A stretch of 64,000 nucleotides of DNA from Phallusia mammillata (taxonomy: Eukaryota). Position 1 is the first letter of the stretch, and each line of letters starts with the position of its first letter. Below, in pieces: positions 1-12,754 of this stretch. The translations under genes and the position numbers were made by a program. The stretch covers positions 24,490,001-24,554,000 of the forward strand of contig OZ281495.1 in the NCBI GenBank assembly GCA_965637545.1, in the 5' to 3' direction. Below the pieces are notes generated by a model. That model was not told the DNA's origin, did not search any database, and saw only the letters and a list, made by a program, of their open reading frames with translations.

Positions 1-1143
1 GGTTGCACACCCCTGATTTAAGTCATTACCATTCGAAATTGCCAAGTGTATATCAAAGGTTACTGGTATCAGTAGTCATAGAAGTGAATAACATAACTGG
101 TATTTCCAATGCAATAAAAACTTATTATTTAACACCAGTGTTTCTCAACCCAAATGCAGTGTATTCAAATATGTTTGTAAAAAGTTTTGCAAGACTACAG
201 GTACTTTGTATCTTTCAAACAATACACATCAGCTGTGTATTGACTTTAGTAAAAACATATCAGGACCTCAATCATTTTACCCAGGCAAAAATAGTCTGAA
301 ACCTAAAATGGTTTAGAAACGTTAATTCAACAACATCAAGTTTTAGTTTAAATGCCACATGTTTCATTTGTTCGACTTTTTTGTCTGGTACCAAGCAAGC
401 ACTTATGTTTTTTACCTGTTTTGTTATTAAATGATGCAAAAAATGTAAGTTTTTAGACCTAAACCTTAATACCTATGCGAACCAAACGAAGCTGAACAAA
501 AAAATTTAAACGCAATACTTTTGTAAGCATTCACAAACTATCGATGGCATTCGTTTAAAAAAATATAAAAACCACAAATATTAATATGCTTATGAATATG
601 ACTGCTTAATGCTCTTAAACGCGTTTCACGGAATAAAAGCCACTGACATATTCTGTTTCTGCAGAGCTTGCCGTTTTCAAAAAGCCCTAACTCGTTATTG
701 TAATTTCGGGGGCTCTGCTCCGAATATTAACTTGAAGTTCATAACTCGCACAAAATGCCGTCGTCCCCGCTCGCCAGCAATCAATGACGCGTTAACCTAT
801 GTTGTGCATTCAAACATGAATAATTTAGTAATCAAACAATATGTAAATAATAGTTACAAGAAACAACCACACCAGAAAAAAGCATGTTTTATTAAAAAAT
901 ATATGTACAAAAACTGTAATGGCTATAATATAGCCCAGAGCAAAGACATGCATTCCAATATTACACTAGATTAAGTAAAATAGGTTTCTACAAAGGAACT
1001 TGAGTTAAAAATCATTTCCAAAAACAAATGCAAATTGAGTTTATGTCAAAAGATCACACATCAGTTCAAATATGAGACCAAGGTGCAAAAGACATATTTA
1101 CAGTAAAAAAACATTTTTGAGTCAATTTTTATTACAAGGCTGC

Positions 1144-1884
1144 CAGATTGGAAAGAATGGCCTGCGCGGAGGATTTATCCTCCGCGCAATATTTTGGATT
1201 TCCCCTAGTAATCCGCGCAAATTTAGGCTTTTTACGTTTAATCCGCGCAAAAAAATGTTATCCGCGCAACTTAGCACAGCTTTCGTAGGTAACTATAATA
1301 AACTTTCTTTAAAATTTTATATTCTATGTCGTCACAAGCCTTATTTCGCTAACAATCCACGTAAATCAGTCAAGCACATCAAAACTTACCGATCGTCACG
1401 CTTGAAATAACATTTCTATTTCGCTAACGGAGTCGTTAAAAGTACATTTATCTGTTTTTAAGACATAGTTTGGCTACTAAAGTGACTGTCGGCTGGCCAA
1501 ATTGCATCAAATAATGTTTTCTGCATGACAAATATTTGAAAACAGTTAAGAGCAGTTTGGCAATCATAAACTATCCCGATGAAACAAATCAGCAGAATGT
1601 TTGAATCGTTATGAAAATGAAAAATTGTTGAATCTAGCAGAACAGCTGCGTGCGCAATAGAGCAAAACTGAAGATTCGTCGTGTTTATTACTTTATTTAG
1701 TTGTTCTTTTTGTCGACTGGATAGTCTTGTAGGCGTTACATACAAATTGCGTTAATCGTTAAATCCACCTGTCAATCAAAAGTCCATCAATCCGCGCAGA
1801 AAATTGTAATTCCGCGCAAAAATCCGCGCAATTATTTTGACGAAAAAAATATCCTCCGCGCAAAAATAAAACTTTCCAACCTTG
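1144..1884. mobile_element. hAT-type non-autonomous element (MITE) with subterminal TCCGCGCA repeats
   Basis: Imperfect TIRs (cagattggaaag ... ctttccaaccttg) flanked by a perfect 8-bp TSD aaggctgc (1136-1143 and 1885-1892). TCCGCGCA motifs cluster at both ends. Confidence 0.8.
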
Positions 1885-3393
1885 AAGGCTGCACTAAAAA
1901 TTACCGTAATTTGCTTTCTACAATAATTTCAATTCATCATGTAAATAATTAGACCATAAATTTAATTATCGATCAGATAACAGAAGGTTTCCTGCTCAAG
2001 ATCAAGACTAAATAAAAAAAATAATTTTCCACATCTATTTCTAGTTCTTCTCTACTGTCTGTTACCAACTTCTTTCAATCAACAGAAAAGAATAAGCTCA
2101 TTATCCTAATGCAACTGTCTGATTAGACACATTACCTCTATATACGTTTTTGGAATGACTCGTGTTCCAAACATTAACCAGAAAAGTTTGTTTTGTTGTT
2201 TTTTAGTCGCCAGAGAATTTCCTTAAAAATCAATTAGACATGTGGTGGCGGTAAAGAATTACAACGATGTAAAACTACAAACATCACAAAAATCTTGAAA
2301 ACAAACTTAACATGGCTGTTACCTTTTAATAACTTCAAGAAATCAGCTATTCGTCGGAAAATAAACAAATCCTATTTTGAGGCGAGAACAATCAATTGTC
2401 ATGTGAAAATGGAGGTCAGTGTAGGCCTCGTAAATTGAAACTCCCCTAGTAAACCAACACAATAACCCCCTTCGTCGGTCCACATGTGTAATTCTTTGTG
2501 CTTTATTTACAAGTAATAAAATTGGGCATTGTATTGTAGCCTAACGTAAATCAATTTCGGTTGTGCTAAAATTTCGGTTTCTGCTTTCAAACAAATTTCC
2601 GTTCTGCTTATCAAAAGCAATTATTCAAAATAATGTAGTTGAAAACAATACGATACTTGGAAGCGCTTCACTAAACTCAAATTTGGTAGGCCTACTTGTA
2701 TTGCGCTACTCCGAAATTAGTTGTGGAGCTTGTCAAAATGAAAATGCTGGGTTCAAACAATTTTTATTTTAAATTGTGTTTTCTCTTGAAACCAACGGAT
2801 CAACGGATAGGCTAACAACAAATGCAATCTCATTTTTCCACGAAAGTTGTATTAGGCTAGCGTTTTTTCAAACGATTCCCAGCAGTAGATTGTATACGTT
2901 GACGCTTCATACTTACTTGCATAACCAGAAATTAATTACAACCAAATAAAAGAAATCTTTCTACATTACAAGGGGAAAAAATGAAGTTTAACAAGATAAC
3001 GGCATTATGTGCAAACAACCCTTACAAAAAAATTCCTACAGAATGACAAACTTTTTCCGCAAAGTTTTCTTCACTAATAAGTGCAGAAAACAAGAAAATT
3101 AAAGCAGTAAAACTTCAACGACACTTAAGTATGCCTGAGTTAGGCAAAAACATTTTTTTTCTGCGAATACGCACAATAATGTTCAACATAAATAACAACT
3201 AATATAAATATAAGTGAAGTAGCTTACGACAATTCACGATTGTGTCCTTGAAAATAGCAACATACAAAACCAGGTGTAGCGATTCGGTTACAGAATATAA
3301 CGGCGACGAATCTTTGTTAAGTTAGACAACTGTGTATTTTAGTGTTCATGCATATAAAGTTAATTTCTTTGCCCTTGTAGGCGGTGGCATTTT

Positions 3394-6300
3394 TTATTGA
3401 ACAGGAAAACTGACTGCTTGACCATATTTTACTGATTGACCTTCTCTGAGTTTCAAATTAAACTTCTTTGGTGCCTGAAATGAGAAAAGTACACACATAT
3501 AAACATAAATTTCGTATTATCCAATGCTTAATTGTTTCAGTTGTAAAACTTACCTCGAAGACAAGCACAACAGTTGAACCAAGCCTAAATTCGCCAACTG
3601 AGTCGCCTCTGGAGAACAGCACACCCCCGTTTTCGTATTTATGGTCGAAGTAAGTTCCCCTTTCCACGTTTGCCTTGTTAGTTTGCAGCGCCTATAACAA
3701 ACAATCATTACTTTTTGTCTTTATACTGAGAGCCTTGATACTTTTTGTAACAGACAGTTTATTTCAAAAGTCTGAAGTTATACAGTTTATGAAAGACATG
3801 CATTTATTTGAGTATTCTTCGGCAAGATGCGAAGAAGTATGCCAATTACTTGGGTGAAATAAACATAGGTCATATTTCATACAAACGTTGGGTAGCTTTA
3901 GACCAGAGGTCTCAAACACGCGGCCCGCGGGCCGCATGCGGCCCTCCAAGGGTTTTTGTGCGGCCCGCGAAGGAACTTTTAGAAGTTATGTTTTACTCTG
4001 AATACCCTGTAAAACCAATGAGTTTACATGATATAATCATTCTCTGATGTCGTTATTGCAACGTTTAAATGGCATAATCGAACTAGTACATCTTTAGAAT
4101 CAGCAATTGTAATTGTTGCGTCATATTTTAATAAAACAGAGTTGGCTCTTTTGACTTTACATTGTACTTTGTTTGTTTATCTATTACAATATAGTTTTTT
4201 AATAAAGATAATGGGATTAATGAACATTTCCCTTTTTAATCACACAATATGTTTGTTGTCATGTAACACTGTAACAAATGTTTCGATAGTGCGGCCCTTG
4301 ACTTACTTAAAAGTTTGTTTTTGGCCCTCATAGCAGTTTGAGTTTGAGACCCCTGCCTTAGACTATTCACAGTATGTTATTACGCGACTGCTGACCCCAT
4401 CGCTCATACCAATCTCTACTGAACAATAAGTTAAAGGTAAAAAAACAGAAGTACTAAATCTCGGTTGGGTTACCAAAAGTAGGAATTACGTCGACATGGA
4501 ATGCTTTTATAAGATGTAACATAATTTATTTTATTTAATCAGAAAAAAAATCAACATATTTGATCAGCCCACAGGATTCCACTTGGTTAGAAAAATGTCT
4601 ACAAAACAAACGCAATTGGCCGCGTAATAAACAAAAGAAAATAAACACCTTGTCATCGTAAATCACTATAGAACCGACGCTAGTAGCTCCGACCGCAGTC
4701 ATGGAGAAAAATCCGTATTTCCATTTTCCAGTCAACACCACTCGTTCGTTGATAACAAGCAATCCAGGCATAATGCACGCTATTCGCGGGTTTACACTCA
4801 GCAAATCGCCTGCAATTTAACAAAAAACTGTTATATGATATCAATCCTGCTTCCAAGAAACTGGTGTTGGAATACACCTATATGCAGACAGTGCACACTG
4901 TTTCGAATTTCGACCTATATGACTTTAAATTGGGGACATGGTGTAGCCAGCTTACGGCACTCCAATTTGTTGAAAAAATGGGCAGGACATTTGGCCGAAT
5001 GGTCCGTCGCGCCTGACCCATATGCGGAAAAAAACTGACCGGGATTCGTCCCTGGGACCACGTTGGGTTTGAACCCGGTGATAAGAGAAAATGGCTCGAA
5101 TGATGGTCTTGCTAAATCTTTACGATCCCAAAACTGGACATAAATCACAGAGGAACGGCCACAATGACCAAGCAACAGCTTGAAAACCTCAATGGTGCCG
5201 GCTCATGAAGTGTCACTTTTTATTTTAGGGTAAATTACTTCAAATAAAATTCAGATAATAGGACGTAAAATGGATAGAAGTGGTTACAATTTTATAGCCG
5301 GGAAGGTAAACCGAAAGTATATCTGGACAGCTCGAGTGATAAAACTGCTGGAAAATTTGTTTTATTTGCACAACCACAAGAAAGTCTTTTAACAGATTGA
5401 TATTGCCCATATTACGTGTTGGTTTTAGTCATTATTGGTTTGTAAAATCGAATTTAAACCCGTTTCCAATTTTTGCAATAAACTATAATGTGTTTTAATA
5501 AATAACTAATAACGTAATAAAATTCGTCCCTTGTGTGGTGAACTGTGGCTAAGAAGAAACGAACAAAACAGCAACCGAAATAAGGCCATCTTTTTCCCAC
5601 AATGGATTCGGGCACAATCCGGTCACTCCGCAAACATTGGTGGGGGGGGCGTAACAAAGAAGCAAGGTGGCATAATGCGGCGGAGGAAACACACAAGTCA
5701 TATGACCAACAGAAGGTGTGTTTATAAAGGAAGACGTGAGAAACGCTCGATTTTACGGATAAGAAATTTCAACAGAAACATTGTGGTAAAACAGAAATGT
5801 TTGACAAAACCTTGGAAAGGGAGAAAAATGCCACGTTAGTGACTGATATTATAGGTACAGCTGAATTTATAGGTACTGACTGAACAGTAGGGTCATTAGA
5901 AGACAAAGTTAGTTAAAATACAAAAATGAAAACAGCAACTTAGGTAATAACAATGCAGTTTGTTTAAATTCTGTTTGAAATGGCATAAATACGTAAGCTT
6001 AAACACACGGGGATGGTTATTTGGGCTACAAGCACCACAAAAATGTATATACCTCAAGGATAGGCTAGACACACTGGTGAGAAAAAATGTCATAAAATAT
6101 TTGGACGCTTGGCCGTCGGAGCAACCAACACCAACAATAACAAATATACGACAGAGCTGAGGCAGCTGAGAGTTAAGTTTATCTCTTCTCGTCGCTGGTT
6201 CTGGTTGACGTACAAAGTAAGACGCGTCAATTTAGCGAGAAGCACGGCGCTCAAGCGAAGACAAAGCCTTGTGTAAGCGTCTGTCACCCACCAAGCTCGC

Positions 6301-9300
6301 TTGAAAAAGGACAGTGAAGTAAGATGTTGACAGAGGAGAGGTGGGCTCAATGTGAAAACGCGATTCCAGGACATAATGTTGGTTGAACGAAAGATGTGGA
6401 TTGGTTTTGAGTTTAGCGAGAGTGGCGGACATTCGTTTGTTTGTCAAGTTGAATAATTTAACGATAGATATTGAAATGTCCAATGTGAGATGAGTTAAGT
6501 ATAGAACGGACGTAAAAAGTGTTACTAAGTTTTTTTTTTTTAAACATCCAGTCACAGCTTTCTACATCGCAAAAATAGAATGAGGCGTTAAGTTTACAGT
6601 CTTGTAGGGCAAGTTTACAACGGACCGTTGAACGCAAAAAAGCGGATTTTGAAAAATGTACGTGCGTCAATTGACGGTTTTACTTCAAAGCAAAATAAAC
6701 ACGGACTTTCGGAGCATAAAGGCGCTGCGGTTTAGTGTCCATGGATATCTGTCTCAACACTACAAATAACAGCCCCCAATCCCGCGCCAATACTTCACGC
6801 TACATTGTGCATACGATCAGTCACCCCATTTCTTCCGGATCACGACATGTTCTACTTTATACCTGGGTTTTCAGTATATAGTGTCGGACCGATCTGAGAA
6901 CTGTTAGGTCCGAAGGCATAAAGCAACATGGTCAGAGTCAACAGAAGCAGTATTTTTTTTTGTTTAAACACAGTTTGGTATTTATAAATTTGGGAACAGG
7001 TAGGCATAGGTAAAAGCGAAAACTTTGTTCATCATTTCTGTGTTGTAGCACATGGGAAAAATCTTGCTTCAGTAAGATTTTTCTTTTGGGATCTTTGTTT
7101 AAGGTGCTTTTGGGATCTTTGTTTAAGCATAGTCAGTAAAGAGGATATTAAAACTCAGATTTGAGGATATTAAAACTCAGATCTGTTTTAGGGGTGCTTT
7201 TGGGATCTTTGTTTAAGCATAGTCAGTAAAGAGGATATTAAAACTCAGATCTGTTTTAGGGGTGCTTTTGGGATCTTTGTTGAAGCATAGTCAGTAAAGA
7301 GGATATTAAAACTCGGATTCAAGCTCACCTCTACAAAGGTTTACTAGGTTTCTCATTTCTAAACTTTTTCAGTTAAAGATTTGGTTCATAAGAGGGTGAT
7401 TTTTCGTGTACAATAATCATTAACGTAGATTAAATTTTTTTTCAGGAGTGCATAACTATGTTCGATTAGGATGTGGCATATATTAGAAAAACGTGCAAGA
7501 GGATTATATGCATTTGTTTTAGTAGCTACAATTTGTTGTTCGCTGCCAAACGTCGGGAATGGACAGGTCGCATTCCTGCAAATACATGCAAATGGCAGTT
7601 TGACAAACTGCACATGTGGCAGCAGCACGGTGTGGGATCAAGCAACGGGTTCGACCGTTTCCTATACCTGTAGAAACCTGGTTTTCTTTACGCCACTCTT
7701 CAGGGCATTTCCAGGATGTACATGTACAACAAACACTACGGAGGAAGTAACAACGCTTGCACAAACTTCACCTGAAAAACCATGGTGGCAAGCACAAAGG
7801 GCGTACGTATGTTGCGATCACCACACGAATGTATCAGGGATTTTCCACACACTACTGGACTATGCATATGTGAATAATCTTCATATTGAGGACTGTGACA
7901 ACGTTAAGGCGCTCGACGTACGTCCGTTTATAACCATATACTCGTTAACCAACTTTACTGTGGCCGCTAGCTCGACTGTACAGCGCAACTTTGCACTCAG
8001 GGAACACTACTTTAGCGATGAGTTCGACAAGTATGAGGAGCGCCAACATGCGGCATTTCTGTCAACGCACGTCATCGTAAACTCTACTGGCAACGTAAAA
8101 GCATTTAGCTTCGAAGCGTCGGAAACAGCTTTAAATGGTGCGTTGGAATTTGAGCTAGACGAGGCTCTCAGGCGCGCACCTGTGACCAATGGCCCCTATA
8201 TGTTTACTCCAATATACTTGTGAAGTCCGATTCTGTATTTACGTTTGTTTTCCCGTAGAGTGTTGTTTGTTTATCGCAAATTGCGCAGGAAATACATTTG
8301 GTTCGACTATTAGCATAATCCCACATTACAGTTTCACGCGCAGAAGGTTTTGGTTAAGGTCTTATAGTTCCAGGCAGTCTCTTGCTAAATGTTATACTAC
8401 TTATTAGAGTAAACCTGGTTGCTTAGCTACAGCCGAACTTGTATTAATGAAGAAACTACCCTGTCACCCTGACGGATTTAATAAACTAAAACTAAGCTTT
8501 TAGACGTTAATGGTAAAACTGCGTTATTTTAAATTGCCTCTGTCGGAAAATGTTCTTCTTTTTTATGTTTATCGATTTCATGAACATTGAACATTTTTTT
8601 ACTCAAATAAAAGGTATTTTTTGTAGTAGCTAGGTATTATGCAACTATCTTTTGATAAAGTGTAAAACAGTTACGTCCACGAAAAACGGGTCCATCATTC
8701 AAAGCAACTATTGAAAAGTATGATTAGAAGTAAGAGAAACAGCTATAGCAGGGTTATTCAACAGGGGCGATATCGCCCCCCAGGGGGCGATTTCGTCTAC
8801 CGAGGGGACGATGGTGACAATTTTGGAAGTCGGGGGGCGATTTGACTTCAAAAGGGGGCGATTTCAACATTACTAATCGTATAAATATGTACAAGCAGGT
8901 TTTTTTTAAGGTTTGGTTTGGGTGACCGCTAAGTAGTTTTAAGAGACCGCAAGTGTTTCATTTAAATACCAAAAAATAGCCATATTTGCTTAAACGAATT
9001 ATTTATTAGGCTACTGGCAAATTTTGAGAAACCGCTGGAGAAATTTGGGGGACCGTTTCGGTCCCCCAAAACACCTTAAAAAAACACTGTGTACAAGAAC
9101 TGTGAGTCTCAGTGGACTTTAACTTACAAGCAGATATAATTCGTGTGGCAAACAAACACCAGGGACAAGAGACGCATCAGCATAAACATGCTGCCAACTG
9201 AATACATTGTGTTTACTGGGGATTGTTTGTACTTTTATGATTTTGAAAGCAAAGTTGGGCATTTATATAGCCACAAGGGACACTTTATCGAGGCTATGTA

Positions 9301-12180
9301 TGGTGACAGGCCATACTTTTTAATACAACGGTAACAAGCTTCACCTCACACTTGTTTCGCTTTCACGCCTATAGGCAGGGATGCCATACCGTCCTTATTT
9401 CTAAGATTTGTCCTTATTTTGAAGGGCTATGTCTTAGAAAAGTTCATTGTCCTTATTTCTAAGAAATGCCCTTATTTTTGACTGTAGTCCTTCTTTTGTC
9501 TTATTTTCAACAATTACAAGTCAAATGCTTGCTACAAGTAACAGTGAGTCTAGACCTGAGCTGTCGTGAGATGCACAAAATATTTTCTACGAACAAGTTA
9601 CTGAAACAGATTGTTTCTGGCAAAAATATTGCAAATATTATGTCATGACTCGTATAAATGCAAAGATTTGTTTAAAAACGTTTGTTTCGTTTCGCCTAAA
9701 AATTTGATTTTTCGGTTGTCCTTATTTTTGGTTTCAAGTCGATGGCAACCCTGCCTATAGGTCTACACAAGCGCTTGCCAAACTGCAAAGTATTTGTATC
9801 ATTTAGGATTTTCCTCTACTGAGTAATGCCCCATTGTTTTCAACAAAAAAGGCAATTGTTTGCGCATAATCGTAATATTGTTTTGTCTATGATTGAACAT
9901 ATAGATGTGTTTAAAGAAGTGCATGAAATGGAGTTGGCGTGTTGTAGTAGCAATTAAATTATTTGTTAACTAAATCTTTGACTGAAGCTTTCGTGTTGCT
10001 AGGTGAATATAACCGCCCACATCTGCTTAAAAACTTTTATACAAATAACAATCTCATAGGGGGGCGATTCAGAGACAGAGCCTAAGAAAGGGGACGATTG
10101 CGCCAAAAAGGTTGAAGACCCCTGAGCTATAGTATTAAAAACCGACCGCAAGAAGTAGTAGCATTCGGCCTGTTGCTATATTAACCAAGAAGGTGACTTT
10201 CTGAATACTTGCAACCTATATCTGCCATAAGACACAGATTCCATAAACAGCCCTCTTTTAACGCAAGCATATGCAGGGTATAACATGTTATATAATCTCG
10301 TCACGTATTACAGTACGTGTCATGATTTGCGTGGTAAAAAGATAGGAGTGTACACGTAGGTCGATACACAAGCCATATGTTACCAAGGGTTACGCTTCTG
10401 GAAGGTTAATCCTTTTGAGCGCCTGATTACAAAACTTGGAAATTGCAAGAAATGTTAACTTTACACTTACCGACAAAATGGCGACGGTGCTCCATGCGCC
10501 ACTCAGCGGGCGAATGGAAGCGGTGGTAATTTCCCGGGGCGAGGTAAATGACGCAGCAGAACAGTGAATTTTTTCGTGGGTTGTGCATAAGAGAACGGGC
10601 ATACTTGTGCAAAGGTAGATTGTCAGTACCATCTGCAACACAGGGCTTATAAAGAATGATATAAACATTTCCGCATGTAACGCCAGATGAAGAAATCGTT
10701 CAAAAAGTTATGAATACCTAAAAATTTTCATTGTTCCAACTTTAGCACTGACCAATGGACACACAATCCTTATTTGGACATAATTGCGTTTATGTTCTTC
10801 TGGTAAGTCTTTTACTATTTCTATTACTCTTATTATTTGTTCGTCATTGATTTTGGTGAATAAAACCTCTTTAATCAAACTCTTTCAAATTTTCATCAAA
10901 TATTTTCACAAGCAATAATGCATTACACACCAATGGCTGGAAACCACCTATACAAATGAGTTTTAATACAAGATCACCAAAGTATATGCCTTTTTAGTGG
11001 TTTAGTTCACGCAGTTCACAATTGTCGTTATTTCACAATTTTTGGGCCACAATGTGGAATACCTTGTTCTTTGAGAGGACCAAGGAAATTTTTTAACGAG
11101 TATGTCATTCCTTTGACTTGTTCGACAACCCCTTGACTTGCTTCACCGCTTTGCATAACTTTCCCGTCGACTGGACTGACAACCTTTTTACATACAGCAC
11201 TGGCATCATTAAACCTTACTAATATGTTGTATTTTCAATTGAAAATTTTACATGAGATATCACTTTAAAATTAGTTTAACCAAACGTTTTATCATGCGTT
11301 TATTTTTTAACACAGCTTTCGAAACCTAACACAACCGAAATTTTCCAACCCCAGAATGAACTGGTTATGACAAAAGCGCCAGACTACTGTACGTTAAATA
11401 AGTCACCACGCTGCACAGATAGACTATAAGCATACTTACATCAGCAGTAGAATGTATGGGACGGAGTTGGGGCTTTATTGGACGCCGAAAAAGATCGTTG
11501 ACTGTTTCATAGTTTTCCAAATCTTCGTCGACTGCTTCCTAAAAGACGTGCTATTATTTTAATTTACAGTTACTTTCAACTTGTGGACTTAAACTTTTTA
11601 TATGAATGTACTTAATTTGATAATTATAGAATTATGATTACAAAGTGAACTTGCCTTCATATCGATTTTCCAAATACATACGAAAAATTTGTAAAGATGT
11701 GGACGAAAAAAAGGCCAAATATTTATATCACCGAGCTGACCAAAACCGCGAGAAATAATTCGATACGGCATCGATTGTAAAAACTTGATCTGAAACATAA
11801 AAAACAGTTTTTTAGGACTAAGCTGTACTGTAAGGAAATTAGTCTGCTTTCTTTAAATATTATGATAATTACAATGCCCAACCAAGGAAGCCAGACTAAT
11901 GCATGTGCTGACAGCTTTAGTTAATTATCTTGAACAGACAAACTACACAACAAAGCCGTCATCACAAAACGTTAAAAATATGAAAATAGATGTTGATCGG
12001 CAGGCTACTTACTTGAAAATTGTCCATTATACAAATTAGAGTGTTCTGGGTGCATTTTTTCAGTCGGATCCACATAAAAAACGAGGCCACGACTAAGAGA
12101 CAGTACCAAGTGTACGAATCAGAGGCTGTAAACGATCTTGAAGTTAAACTAAAGGCGGCAGCACCGGAAATCGAAGTCAT
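3394..12180 (-). CDS. PISD: Phosphatidylserine decarboxylase proenzyme (5' end uncertain)
   Basis: Exons reconstructed with frame-consistent splice sites: 12180-12013, 11789-11655, 11538-11440, 11183-11063, 10632-10471, 4809-4649, 3691-3554, 3474-3394 (1065 nt, 354 aa). Motifs seen: [81 protein letters not shown], and the [14 protein letters not shown] autocleavage (LGST) motif. A further upstream exon near 13397-13550 is possible. Confidence 0.95.
3904..4355. mobile_element. hAT (Charlie-like) MITE in PISD intron
   Basis: TIRs cagaggtctcaaac ... gtttgagacccctg; TSD ctttagac/ccttagac (7/8). Related copy at 12755-13183. Confidence 0.85.
4883..5177. mobile_element. Decayed relative of the hammerhead foldback element at 60889-61170, carrying a tRNA-like insert
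   Basis: Shares tgcagacagtgcacactgtttcga, gtgtagcca..acggcactcca.tttgttg and aactggacata...cacaatg.ccaagcaac with the 60.9-kb element. Central 4985-5062 has an A-box-like TGGCCGAATGG and a degenerate B-box-like GGGATTCGTCCC. Confidence 0.55.
7088..7320. repeat. 68-bp minisatellite, about 3 copies plus a partial internal duplication
   Basis: Unit gggatctttgtttaagcatagtcagtaaagaggatattaaaactcagatctgttttaggggtgctttt recurs at 7202 and 7270 (period 68), with an earlier copy near 7112 that has an extra gaggatattaaaactcagat. Confidence 0.9.
7471..8223 (+). CDS. Nested single-exon secreted cysteine-containing glycoprotein, C21orf62/EPCIP-like (250 aa)
   Basis: Uninterrupted 250-aa ORF, more GC-rich than the flanking intron, with an N-terminal signal-peptide-like segment ([20 protein letters not shown]), NCTC and CTC cysteine motifs, several N-X-S/T sequons and C-terminal VKAFSFE...YMFTPIYL. 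This recalls C21orf62 (NCSC...CNC...LKSYSIE...YVVTFIY) from memory. Confidence in coding is higher than in the family call. Confidence 0.75.
   Translation: MWHILEKRARGLYAFVLVATICCSLPNVGNGQVAFLQIHANGSLTNCTCGSSTVWDQATGSTVSYTCRNLVFFTPLFRAFPGCTCTTNTTEEVTTLAQTSPEKPWWQAQRAYVCCDHHTNVSGIFHTLLDYAYVNNLHIEDCDNVKALDVRPFITIYSLTNFTVAASSTVQRNFALREHYFSDEFDKYEERQHAAFLSTHVIVNSTGNVKAFSFEASETALNGALEFELDEALRRAPVTNGPYMFTPIYL
8896..9089. mobile_element. MITE nested in the 8749-10124 element
   Basis: TIRs caggtttttttaagg ... ccttaaaaaaacactg; perfect TSD tgtacaag. Same family in opposite orientation at 19794-19930. Confidence 0.9.
9376..9753. mobile_element. MITE nested in the 8749-10124 element
   Basis: TIRs cagggatgcca ... 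tggcaaccctg with internal gtccttattt repeats; perfect TSD cctatagg. Second copy at 33430-33762. Confidence 0.9.
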
Positions 12181-12754
12181 GATTGCACCGCGAGGCCACA
12201 AAGCAGGCCAACACTTTTTAGTCAACTTTATTTCCGTGGCTAGAGCGTTAGAGTTCGGGTTGGTGTCCCACAAATGCAGAATGCTTCGTAAATGCTTCTT
12301 CTTTATGCACTGGGTGAACTCACTACAGCACAAAACGAAAATTTTGCTGAAGGTTTTATAGTTGCAGTCAGTCTTGCTTACTCAAGGTTTTATAGTTGCA
12401 AGAACAAAACTGCAATGTATATAACATAAAACGTATAGAGATTGTATTACTCAAGAGTTTTGAAAAAAATACCACATGTTGTTCTAGTCTGCTATTTTCA
12501 TGTACAGCATGTGTAAGATCCCTTATTTACACTACGAACCGCAAAGTTAGTGTACGGATTTGAGGTATAGGACTGGTGTGCCGCAAGACGATGCGGGGTG
12601 TGCCGCGGCAAAACGTACAACTTTTTGTGTTAAATTTGTTTTTATTTTATTCATAGCAAATGATACAGTTCACAACACCACCAAACTAAAGCTACACTAC
12701 TCACTACGCATTCACGTTTTATTACGTCATAATATACTTTATACCGGCTTAATG

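Larger units (their letters stand above)
8749..10124. mobile_element. hAT-type non-autonomous element hosting two nested MITEs
   Basis: Termini cagggttattcaac ... gttgaagacccctg with GGGGGCGAT subterminal motifs at both ends; perfect TSD agctatag (8741-8748 and 10125-10132). Confidence 0.85.

Noticed and set aside
609-1745. ORFs of 95-121 aa near the window start
   Set aside because: Low-complexity, AT-biased translations that partly overlap a MITE; no transposase or other motif is recognisable.
4985-5062. Possible tRNA gene
   Set aside because: The B box is degenerate and no convincing cloverleaf can be drawn; at most a SINE-like relic.
6108-6130. Plus-strand peptide AVGATN resembling the PISD AVGAT motif
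   Set aside because: Flanking residues show no PISD similarity; considered coincidence.
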